From Candidatus Micrarchaeum sp. (GTDB lineage Archaea > Micrarchaeota > Micrarchaeia > Micrarchaeales > Micrarchaeaceae), in NCBI RefSeq assembly GCF_016806735.1, contig NZ_CP060530.1, forward strand, positions 780,001-812,000: a DNA stretch of 32,000 nt, in the 5' to 3' direction. This document shows positions 22,288-30,347 of the stretch, in pieces. A model generated the notes under the pieces. That model did no database searches, was not told the DNA's origin, and worked only from the letters and a program-made list of their open reading frames with translations. Within the stretch, counting starts at the first letter, position 1; each line of letters opens with the position of its first letter. The translations under genes and the position numbers were made by a program.

Positions 22288-24648
22288 CTAACTATTCTTG
22301 TTGAATGTATATGTGGAATCTGGATTGAATACGTAGACTGCATAGCTGAAGCTCGTTGAGCTTCCAGTCATCAGCTCTGGGCCAATCCAGCCGCCGGTTC
22401 CGTCGTAAGGTATGTTGCCACATGCCAGTATATAAACGTCGTTGTAGTGGGTTGAAGAGAACAACGGAGTAGTCTGCTCCAGGTTCTCTGTAACGCTGCA
22501 ACCATATGTTGGGAATGAACCACCATCATACATTATGGCTGAAGTGCCAGGCTCGGTGGTTGAATTAAGTATGCCTTCCTGTCCTCCTGAAGTTGCGTAA
22601 GTAAGAATCACCAGCGAACTTGGTATTGAGCCGTGGTTTACCCAGAACACAGGTTGAACGCCGCTATTGTAATTTGATCCGTTTGTTGCCCACAGCTGAT
22701 AATTTGTGGCAGGGTTCCCACCTATTGCAATTGCACCGGATGATGATGAATCGGCCGTTGCGCTGCATGCGTTGCCATTTGTAATGTACCCTATATTTGT
22801 GGAGCAGTACTGGCATGTTCCACCTCCTTCTGAATTTATGTTCCAATCTACGCTTGACATTGATTGGTATATTGCAGCAACGCATTCGCTGAAAACACCG
22901 TTGTTATTGCTACATGACGGACTGAATGTCGTGGCGCTGCTGCTGTTAGTAGTACATGTTCCGTAGAACGGTATTGTGCTGGAGCTTGTGGTTGTAGATG
23001 TTGAAGTTGTTGTCGAAGTCGATGTTGTAGTAGAGGTCGATGTTGTTGTCGAAGTAGAAGTGGTTGTCGATGTCGATGTTGTGCTGGTGCTGGTGGATGT
23101 TGTCGACGTTGTTGTGGACGTTGAGGTTGTTGATGTCGAAGTCGTAGATGTCGATGTCGTAGTGCTCGTTGACGTCGTAGTAGATGTTGATGTTGTGCTT
23201 GTGGATGTGGACGTTGTTGATGTGGTTGTACTCGTTGATGTGGTTGAAGTTGTTGTTGATGTCGATGTTGTTGATGTAGAGGTAGTAGTGCTCTGGAATA
23301 CTGCAGTTTCATTTATCGGATTGTTAAGCGTTACCGAAGTGGATGTTGCAGTTCCGGAATAGCATCCTGTGCCCGTGCACGTCCAATCTATGAAAACGTA
23401 ATGCCCTGTAGTGTTTGGCGTTTCTGATATGGTAACGCTGCTGGATGGTGCGTACCATGAAGTAGCAGGAGAAACTGTTCCCCCTATGGAAGGCGAAGCG
23501 ATGTCATAAAGCTCATATTGTTCTGCATAAGATACGGTGACGTTCTGGCTTTTGCAGGTCGACACCGTTGCGCTGCCTGAATTGCTGTCGGAAGTGAACC
23601 CGTCTATGGTTACGCTCTTGAAAACGAATCTGGTTCCGGATGAGTTGTATATTATTGGGTCAAAGCTGTACGTGTGCGTAGTGTTGCAGCCCCAGTCGAA
23701 ATTCGTTGGCTTCTTTGTGAGCTGCGAATATGAATATGAAACGCCGTCTATGGTTGCAATGCCTGAAGGATTGCTTTGCAGCGACGTCGGTATGTTTGAT
23801 ATGTTGAAGAATATCGGGACTACTGCAACGAAATTTATTGTTTTTGTCGCATTAAGGCCTGCATAATTGGCATTTACCGTAACATTCGAAACTGTTGTAC
23901 CCCAAATGTAGTCAATCGCCTGGCCGTTGGTTCCAGTTGTTACGAACTGGCTCTGCAGCGAATAAGGTGGAACAGCATTTGTCCCGTTCTTTGTAAATGT
24001 TGCAGTCAAGTTCACTGTTGCGCCGCTCTGCGGATATCCCAGAAGGTCAACCCTTGCAATTAGTTCGTCTTTTGCGTTGTTGGCAGGGTTGGTTGAATTG
24101 ACTACCGAAAGCGAAAGCGTGTAACTTGGTGAAACGAGAGGCTCAGCGTGCGCGCTGTAGATGCCTTTGTAAGTCTCCTTAGGGACTGTAGAGCACGAAG
24201 AGGGAGAAGATGGTTTAGGGGCAAGGCCGCAATATGATGCATTAAGATATATGCTTCCGGAGAAGAACTGCCCTAGTGTAGAGGATACGCCTGGGATCTC
24301 TAGCACACATATGACAGAACCTCCGGGAAGAACGAAAGAGGGTTTGCATTGCACGGCAGTCGTGTTTTTTCCATTTACGCTGGCATAAAGTTCAGGATCG
24401 TATATGGGATATTTCCGGGAGTTGGTTATGAAGAGGCCCATGGTGGTTGCATGGGTTGTGGCATTTGTGCCGAAAATCATGTCCTGGCATACTGCGCCTG
24501 TGAGAAAGCTGCATGTTGATGGAACTATTATCTTTGGGACTGCGACGTACAGGTAAAGCAGGGATATGACCACTGCAATAATTAGTATTGCCCAGCCGTA
24601 TGTTATGAGGTATTCCAGTGCGGATTGCGCTTTTCCCAAATATATCAC
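22288..24648 (-). CDS. Large surface protein with archaeal class III (type IV prepilin-like) signal peptide, B-repeat-like segment, Thr/Ser stalk and Cys-containing C-terminal domain
   Basis: The N-terminus MIYLGKAQSALEYLITYGWAILIIAVVISLLYLYV has a short basic leader and a KA|QS cleavage context. It has Glu at +5 of the predicted mature end and a ~25-aa hydrophobic helix (QxxxEYL-type motif of PF04021-like pilins). GGTVSPATSWYAPSSSVTISETPNTTGHYVFIDWTCTG resembles InlB B-repeat-type domains. GTG start. Confidence 0.7.
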   Translation of the reverse strand: MIYLGKAQSALEYLITYGWAILIIAVVISLLYLYVAVPKIIVPSTCSFLTGAVCQDMIFGTNATTHATTMGLFITNSRKYPIYDPELYASVNGKNTTAVQCKPSFVLPGGSVICVLEIPGVSSTLGQFFSGSIYLNASYCGLAPKPSSPSSCSTVPKETYKGIYSAHAEPLVSPSYTLSLSVVNSTNPANNAKDELIARVDLLGYPQSGATVNLTATFTKNGTNAVPPYSLQSQFVTTGTNGQAIDYIWGTTVSNVTVNANYAGLNATKTINFVAVVPIFFNISNIPTSLQSNPSGIATIDGVSYSYSQLTKKPTNFDWGCNTTHTYSFDPIIYNSSGTRFVFKSVTIDGFTSDSNSGSATVSTCKSQNVTVSYAEQYELYDIASPSIGGTVSPATSWYAPSSSVTISETPNTTGHYVFIDWTCTGTGCYSGTATSTSVTLNNPINETAVFQSTTTSTSTTSTSTTTSTTSTSTTTSTTSTSTSTTSTSTTTSTSTTTSTSTTSTSTTSTSTTTSTTSTSTSTTSTSTTTSTSTTTSTSTTTSTSTTTSTSTTTSSSTIPFYGTCTTNSSSATTFSPSCSNNNGVFSECVAAIYQSMSSVDWNINSEGGGTCQYCSTNIGYITNGNACSATADSSSSGAIAIGGNPATNYQLWATNGSNYNSGVQPVFWVNHGSIPSSLVILTYATSGGQEGILNSTTEPGTSAIMYDGGSFPTYGCSVTENLEQTTPLFSSTHYNDVYILACGNIPYDGTGGWIGPELMTGSSTSFSYAVYVFNPDSTYTFNKNS
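22975..23292 (-). repeat. 106-codon Thr/Ser low-complexity tract (degenerate ACN/TCN/AGY short tandem repeats) inside the 786-aa ORF
   Basis: Translates as STTTSTSTTSTSTTTSTTSTSTTTS...TSTTTSSS without interruption. Boundaries were read from codons: Q at 23293-23295 on the N-terminal side, I at 22972-22974 on the C-terminal side. Confidence 0.9.
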
Positions 24649-24893
24649 AACATTTTCTTGTGTAATCGATTTGTAAATATTGCTATATATAGTAAATATC
24701 TACAACGTTTCTTTATACAATTTCTAGTGTGTGAAGTATTTAAAATGTTGGTATGTCTGAAAAGGTGCGCAGGAAAGGCATTTGCAATGGACATTGCCTG
24801 CTCGAGCCCATGTTTTGATAAAGCCAAGCGGCAAACCTTATAAATCTTAAAATCGCAGTAGCTAGTGCGACCCTAACCGCTTAGAGTGAATTT

Positions 24894-25397
24894 ATGGAAG
24901 AGATATACATACCGCAGGAGAGGAGCAAGATGCTCAGGCAGAAACCAGGAATGCTTAAAAGGCTGGGCGAGCTGTGCAATTGCAAGATAAGCTTGGAGGA
25001 GCCCAACTGCATAAGGATAGAAGGAGATGGCTACGGCGAGTTCACTGCCAGAGGAGTAATCCAGGCTTACGGCAGGGGATTCGGCATGAGGATTGCTGAA
25101 CTGCTGCTAAAGGACGGGTATTACTTTTCGAGCATAAGCATGCGTGACATAACCGGAAACAAGAACAGGATAAGGAAAATGAAATCAAGGCTCATAGGCA
25201 GCGATGGAAAAGCCAAAAGGTATATGGAGAGCGTCAGCGGGGCCATGATCGCGGTATACGGAGATACGGTAAGCTTCATAGGCAGCTCGGAAGCGATAGA
25301 AGAGGCCGAAGCTGCAGCACGCACAATAATGAAGGGCAGCTCGCACAGGCTGGCTTACACCAAGATGGAAGCCTCGCACAGGAAACACAGGTCTTAG
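24894..25397 (+). CDS. KH-domain RNA-binding protein, archaeal Dim2/Pno1-like
   Basis: GVIQAYGRGFGMRIAELLLKDGYYFSSISMRDITGNKNRIRKMKSRLIGSDGKAKRYMESVSGAMIAVYGDTVSFIGS matches the two-KH aDim2p pattern (…AIGRGF....A..LL.d.y.........R.kgRiIG..GktrR.iE..tg..isvyG.Tv.iIG). Confidence 0.7.
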   Translation: MEEIYIPQERSKMLRQKPGMLKRLGELCNCKISLEEPNCIRIEGDGYGEFTARGVIQAYGRGFGMRIAELLLKDGYYFSSISMRDITGNKNRIRKMKSRLIGSDGKAKRYMESVSGAMIAVYGDTVSFIGSSEAIEEAEAAARTIMKGSSHRLAYTKMEASHRKHRS

Positions 25398-25416
25398 TCA
25401 AATTTTAGGTGCTTGC

Positions 25417-27060
25417 ATGGCGGAAAGAAAAGCCAATGAGATATTCAAAGAGTTCAAGGAGCATTCGATAGCGGAGTTCTTCAAGAAGAACAAGCAGATG
25501 CTTGGCTACGCGGGATTGGTGAGATCCCTTGTAACGGTAGTGCACGAATATGTGACCAATTCGCTGGACGCCTGCGAAGAAGCTGGGATTCTTCCCGACA
25601 TAAGCGTTTCGATATCGCAAAGCGGCGAGAACAGATATATAGTGGAGGTGGGCGACAACGGGCCGGGAATACCCAAAAAGTTCGCGGGCAAGGCCCTTGC
25701 GACCATACTTGCGGGGACGAAATTCCACAGGTACATACAGCAGAGGGGACAGCAGGGAATAGGAGCCGCAGGATGCACGCTTTTTTCGCAGATAACAACT
25801 GGAAAGCCGGTGGGCATGAGGGCTTTCACCAAGGATGGCGAGGCTTACTCGTGCAGCATAGCCATAGACACGATGGGAAACAAGCCGGTAATAACCGAAA
25901 CCAAAGAGCTTGAAAACCCCGAAGGAATAACAGGGACCATCATAAGGGCAGAATTCGCCGAGGTAAAATATGAGAACAGCGAGCACGGGGTATACGAATA
26001 CCTGAAGAGGACGGCGTTGGCAAATCCGCATGCGCAGATAAGGTTCAGGGACCCCGAAGGCAAGGAGTATACTTTCGTCAGATCCTCGGATGCGGTTCCG
26101 GAATTGCCGAAACAGACACTTCCGCACCCGCTTGGGCTCTCGATAATGGACATTCTCGACTTCGCAAAGAAGAGCCAGGAAAGCAGCGTAGCCTCTTTCC
26201 TCATGGCAAGCTTTTCCAGAGTCAGCCAGGGAAAGGTAAAGGAGCTGAAGGAGATTGCCACCGGCGTTGATTTCTCAAAAAAGCCAAAGGAAATGACCTG
26301 GAACGATTCGGAGGAGCTCGTAAAGGCGTTCAAGCAGGTGAAATGGCTGGCTCCCGACGCAAGCGTGATAAGACCCATAGGCGCAGATAGGGTCAGGCTG
26401 GCAGTGCGCAGCATACTTAACCCGGAATACATGCACGTAATAGAAAGGAAGCCCCAGGTTTTCAAGGGAGGCATACCGTTCATTGTCGAAGCGGCAATCT
26501 CCTACGGAGGAGGCTCAGGAAAAAAGGTCGGAAACGAAGAGTATACGGGAAGCATACTTAGATTTGCAAACAAGGTGCCTCTGCTTTTCGATACCGGAAG
26601 CTGCGCCATAACCCAGGCAGTAAGGGACATACAGTGGAAGCGCTACGGCATAGACATGGACAACCAGCCGGTGAGCGTACTGGTGAACATATCTTCGGTG
26701 TACGTGCCTTATTCCGGAGTCGGGAAAGAGGCCATAGCCCAGGAAGACGAGATAATAGACGAGATAAAGCTTGCGCTGCAAGAGGCTGCCAGGAACATAC
26801 AGAGATACATGCACGGGAAGCAGCAGGTAAACGTTGAGAAAAACAAGTACAAGACCATAATGAGATACGTTTCGCAGCTTTCGAAAGATTTGGGAAGCCT
26901 TACCGGAACCGACAAAGCAGTAATACGCGGCAAGCTTGAAGAGCTGGTTACCGAGCATTACCCGAAAGTAAAAGAGGAAGAGGAAACAAAAGACGAGGAC
27001 GAGAGTACGCTTGAAATAGTCGAGAGTTCATCGGAAGAAGAAAAAGGCGAAAACGAATAA
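25417..27060 (+). CDS. top6B: DNA topoisomerase VI subunit B
   Basis: 547 aa. It has the Bergerat-fold motifs EYVTNSLDACEEAG and VGDNGPGIP, plus RGQQGIGAAG, with the transducer domain following. The C-terminal tail is acidic. Confidence 0.95.
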   Translation: MAERKANEIFKEFKEHSIAEFFKKNKQMLGYAGLVRSLVTVVHEYVTNSLDACEEAGILPDISVSISQSGENRYIVEVGDNGPGIPKKFAGKALATILAGTKFHRYIQQRGQQGIGAAGCTLFSQITTGKPVGMRAFTKDGEAYSCSIAIDTMGNKPVITETKELENPEGITGTIIRAEFAEVKYENSEHGVYEYLKRTALANPHAQIRFRDPEGKEYTFVRSSDAVPELPKQTLPHPLGLSIMDILDFAKKSQESSVASFLMASFSRVSQGKVKELKEIATGVDFSKKPKEMTWNDSEELVKAFKQVKWLAPDASVIRPIGADRVRLAVRSILNPEYMHVIERKPQVFKGGIPFIVEAAISYGGGSGKKVGNEEYTGSILRFANKVPLLFDTGSCAITQAVRDIQWKRYGIDMDNQPVSVLVNISSVYVPYSGVGKEAIAQEDEIIDEIKLALQEAARNIQRYMHGKQQVNVEKNKYKTIMRYVSQLSKDLGSLTGTDKAVIRGKLEELVTEHYPKVKEEEETKDEDESTLEIVESSSEEEKGENE

Positions 27061-27067
27061 CACTTTA

Positions 27068-29503
27068 TCAGTCGAATATGTTTGCCGGATTCTCCATCGA
27101 TATCAGTTTTACGTATCCTGCCGATATGTAGAGCTTGAGCTGCTCCGCACCCGCATCGGAAATCGAATATAAGCGGTCCTTGAAGTCTTCGAGCCTGTCG
27201 TCGTTCATGAACGCTATGAATGTCTTGGAATTGGCGCTTACGGGTATGTTCTTGAACTTGCTTGAAGGAGCGTATATCACTACGTTGTGCCTCTCTCCGC
27301 CAACGACCACGTTCATGTCTGCGGTCTGGCTAGTGTCGAGATCGGTGAACACGTAGGCATGGGTCACCATGTATATCCTGAGCTTCTTGAACACCGCAAG
27401 GTATTCTATGTCGTGCTTGCTCTCGTCTATCCAGCCCTTTGGCGCATACAGGTCATCAGCCGATATGACGAGCCCGTTTGCAATCAGCTGGTCTAGAAGC
27501 ACTTCGACGTTTGAAGGGGTAAGGTTGACCGGAATCCCGTTGTACCTTATGTTGCTGGCTATGGCGAGCTTGAACTCGCTTATCGACAGAGGCATATAGC
27601 GCCAGTGGTAATACGTGTTGAGCTTCTGGAAAACAAGCATCACGTCTTGTGCATTGAGGGTTATAAATGTGCGCTGCTGTTTCGGCATGTGCGGCACGTC
27701 TATGAAGAAATCGTCCCTGTTCGGCGACCTCACCATCGTTACCATGAGGAGCATCAGCACTATCGCAACTATCAGCGCTATGTCCTTCGAAGTTATCTTT
27801 ATGACCGGAGCGGGATTGCTTGCCACGTAGGAGAATTTCTGCGAGAGTATCTTTGCCGTGAAATTCAGCGTTCCGAACTGCTCGCCTATTCCCTTAGGAA
27901 GCGAATAAAGTATCGTGCCGTTTGTCAGCGTGCCGTTCAGAGGGTATTTGCCGTTAAGCGTCATTGTATAGTCGAGCCCTGTCAGCGGAGCGCCGTCGGA
28001 GCTTATGTAGAACCTGAATGAATTTGACGTGTAGTTGGAATATACCTCAGTAACGTTTACCGGAGGCACTCCGAAGAGCGCGCTGGCATAGAGGTTGTCG
28101 GAAAAGCCCTTGAGCTGGATTATATAGCTGCCCGGGACAAATGACGATTTTATTAGCTTTACAAAGGTGAAATTTCCGGTTGCGGATATGGAGGACAAAG
28201 GTATGGTTGAAACCTTGACCATGTTCTCAGTGTATATTGAAAGATGGGGCTGTATCTGTATCGGAACGCTCGAATGCGTATATATCTGCATCGTTATCGA
28301 CTGGGAGCTTCCGAGTACAATAGTAGAAGGCAGCGAAACCGTGCCGCTGCTTATGTAGCTTGATGGCTCGCTTATGTACCTGTATATTGATTTGCCGGAA
28401 TTGCCATAGCTGGAATTTGTGTATATTTCAGCGTAAAGCCATCCCGACTCAAGGGCTGCGACATTCTGAACAGTATAATTTATCTTGGGGCTTGGCATTG
28501 CTATTCCGGCCGAGCCCGACTCGGTCCTGGATGCGTTTAGCGCAATCGTTTCCAATCCGTGCGCGTAGCGCGGAAGCCAGAAGGCGCTCGAAATTGCTTT
28601 TGCCATGTCTTCCGAAGCCAATGATGGAGACGGCCAAGAATTTAGGTAATTAGAGAACGCCACTATGCTGCCATTGAAAGCATTGACGTATGATATGTCG
28701 CCATAGCTGCGCCCGCCGGAAAACGAAAATGTAGGATTGTTGAATGCGAATATGCTGTTTGATGATACCGAGGACGTTGTAAACATGTAGGAGGGTATGC
28801 GGGAATTAGGGACTATCACACCGTTCTGCAGCACGACCCTTGAGAATGCCTGCCCTATATATATTACGCTAGTCCCCCTGTCAAGAAGGTAGTGCATCAG
28901 CGTTATGTTGCTCGAGCCGTAATTGCTAAGCATTGCCTGCGGCATTAGCCCGTTCGGTATTATAAGGATGGAATTGTTTGAAATTGTTGGGAGATCTGAT
29001 TCGTTTATTACAGTTAGGTTTCCGACTTCGGAAGTGAGTCCGTAGAGCGCAAGGTCGGATTGCACAACGTCCTCGAAAGCCTGGAAATCTCCGCAGTTTA
29101 CACACCCTGACTGCGATGCGTTAAGCATGTACACTTTTGCAGGGAAGTTGGATTTGAGAAGGGACACGTTTACGTAGAGTTTTGTAATGTTGGAAGTAGA
29201 ATACGAAAGTTCCGCGTATGGAATGACAAACTGCGATTCGTTGCTGTCAAGCAGGGCCTGGTAGCTCACATACGTGCTTAGCGAAGTAGGCAGGACCACT
29301 GGCGGCGCAGGTGGAGTTATTTTTATGTGGCTTAGCTCCGAGGATAGGTATAGGCCGCTGGCTACCATCGCAATGATGAATATTGCGGCAATGATTATCA
29401 CAAGTTTTTTGAAATTTGCCAATGTTGATGCACCGTCATTTTTCCTCTTTCTTGGTAAGCGCCTTGGTAAAAAGGCGCGACAGGAAGTTCTGCTTTGGGC
29501 CAA
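27068..29503 (-). CDS. Large bitopic membrane protein: TM, ~520-aa sequon-rich ectodomain, TM, ~215-aa cytoplasmic domain (hypothetical)
   Basis: 811-aa ORF. TM1 is LVIIIAAIFIIAMVASGLYL and TM2 is IALIVAIVLMLLMVTMV. There are at least 18 NxS/T sequons between them by eye. The start is uncertain: TTG at 29503 in the track, or an alternative TTG at 29422 (LANFKKLVIII...) preceded by GGTG 8 nt upstream. Confidence 0.6.
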   Translation of the reverse strand: MAQSRTSCRAFLPRRLPRKRKNDGASTLANFKKLVIIIAAIFIIAMVASGLYLSSELSHIKITPPAPPVVLPTSLSTYVSYQALLDSNESQFVIPYAELSYSTSNITKLYVNVSLLKSNFPAKVYMLNASQSGCVNCGDFQAFEDVVQSDLALYGLTSEVGNLTVINESDLPTISNNSILIIPNGLMPQAMLSNYGSSNITLMHYLLDRGTSVIYIGQAFSRVVLQNGVIVPNSRIPSYMFTTSSVSSNSIFAFNNPTFSFSGGRSYGDISYVNAFNGSIVAFSNYLNSWPSPSLASEDMAKAISSAFWLPRYAHGLETIALNASRTESGSAGIAMPSPKINYTVQNVAALESGWLYAEIYTNSSYGNSGKSIYRYISEPSSYISSGTVSLPSTIVLGSSQSITMQIYTHSSVPIQIQPHLSIYTENMVKVSTIPLSSISATGNFTFVKLIKSSFVPGSYIIQLKGFSDNLYASALFGVPPVNVTEVYSNYTSNSFRFYISSDGAPLTGLDYTMTLNGKYPLNGTLTNGTILYSLPKGIGEQFGTLNFTAKILSQKFSYVASNPAPVIKITSKDIALIVAIVLMLLMVTMVRSPNRDDFFIDVPHMPKQQRTFITLNAQDVMLVFQKLNTYYHWRYMPLSISEFKLAIASNIRYNGIPVNLTPSNVEVLLDQLIANGLVISADDLYAPKGWIDESKHDIEYLAVFKKLRIYMVTHAYVFTDLDTSQTADMNVVVGGERHNVVIYAPSSKFKNIPVSANSKTFIAFMNDDRLEDFKDRLYSISDAGAEQLKLYISAGYVKLISMENPANIFD

Positions 29504-29570
29504 CCCTCTTCACTATTCCGTAGACCCTTATGTACCTGACACGCTTGTTGACCCTGGCTATGTATTTCAT
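29436..29570 (-). CDS. Candidate 44-aa highly basic small ORF (not in track)
   Basis: Hand translation gives MKYIARVNKRVRYIRVYGIVKRVGPKQNFLSRLFTKALTKKEEK*. The ATG lies 3 nt after the TAA of the 242-aa gene, and the TGA lies 13 nt before the alternative TTG start of the 811-aa gene. It competes with the track's N-terminal extension of the 811-aa ORF, so only one of the two readings can be correct. Confidence 0.3.
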   Translation of the reverse strand: MKYIARVNKRVRYIRVYGIVKRVGPKQNFLSRLFTKALTKKEEK

Positions 29571-29573
29571 AGT

Positions 29574-30302
29574 TTAACCCTTGAGTTCTATGTAGCCCGT
29601 GGTGACCATCTTGTTGAGCATCTGTTCTATCCTTGGCGCCGGTATCTTGTAAGATTTGGAGAATTCAATTATGTCGATGGTACTGTTGTGCGCGTCTATC
29701 CAGTCCTCCAGCATCACCATGAGCGATTCGTCCGAATAGGTCTCCAGCTGCTTCAGCCTTTCCTTTAGCTCCCTGTTCTCCGAAACTGCCTGCGTGGCCT
29801 GAACGGTAAGGTTCTTGTTCGAAGCGGTGAGCTCTATGTTGAGGCGCTTGAGCTCCCTGTACTCGTTGAATAGGGAATCGTAGTTGTTGAACAGGGCGCT
29901 GTAATTCTGCGAGAGCGAGCCCAGTACATCATCTATTGTGGAATCGACGTACTGGTATAATCCGGCAGGGTCGGCATAGTACAGGTCGGTTATAAGCGAA
30001 AGCACGCCGAGCAGGTTCTTCACCACGTAAAGCTTCCTCATCTTTTCGCTAGTGTCCAGGGCTATTGAATACTGCACATCTATGGAATCCGGCTTTAGCG
30101 TTATTATGAAGAAAAGGAAAGGATTTTTCTGCATGTCCCTGCTCTCCACGCTCAGCAGAACCAGGCTGTTGTCCTGCTCGAGCTTGACGGAGAACATCTG
30201 CAAGGTGGAGAATCTTTGGGCTATGCTTGGGAAATCGCCAGTTAGCGTGGCCTTGAGCGAGAACTCTGCTATTTTTGGTTCTATCAATCCTGTTTCAGCC
30301 AT
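29574..30302 (-). CDS. Hypothetical cytoplasmic protein: N-domain + Tyr/Leu heptad coiled coil + C-terminal winged helix
   Basis: 242-aa ORF with no TM. Residues 132-187 form heptads (QNYSALF NNYDSLF NEYRELK RLNIELT ...). The C-terminus, SLMVMLEDWIDAHNSTIDIIEFSKSYKIPAPRIEQMLNKMVTTGYIELKG, looks like a winged helix. A TATA-like CTTTTAATTTAT lies 24-35 nt upstream. Confidence 0.55.
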   Translation of the reverse strand: MAETGLIEPKIAEFSLKATLTGDFPSIAQRFSTLQMFSVKLEQDNSLVLLSVESRDMQKNPFLFFIITLKPDSIDVQYSIALDTSEKMRKLYVVKNLLGVLSLITDLYYADPAGLYQYVDSTIDDVLGSLSQNYSALFNNYDSLFNEYRELKRLNIELTASNKNLTVQATQAVSENRELKERLKQLETYSDESLMVMLEDWIDAHNSTIDIIEFSKSYKIPAPRIEQMLNKMVTTGYIELKG

Positions 30303-30347
30303 CGGAAGACCTTTAGGTTATCTACAACATAAATTAAAAGTTTATTC

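Noticed and set aside
22848-23362. ORFs encoding VVVDVEVVVEVD... (plus strand) and QQHRHQQQLQPHQ... (minus strand, alternative frame). I also considered that the periodic region might be a CRISPR-like array.
   Set aside because: These are alternative readings of the Thr/Ser codon tract, which lies within the continuous 786-aa ORF. There is no repeat-spacer architecture, only degenerate 3-12-nt units.
25405-26483. 240-aa and 212-aa minus-strand ORFs antisense to top6B. The 227-aa ORF at 17671-18354, antisense to the MoxR gene, is a similar case.
   Set aside because: The plus-strand products carry unambiguous Bergerat-fold and AAA+ motifs. The antisense translations are Tyr/Arg/Leu-rich with no recognisable features.
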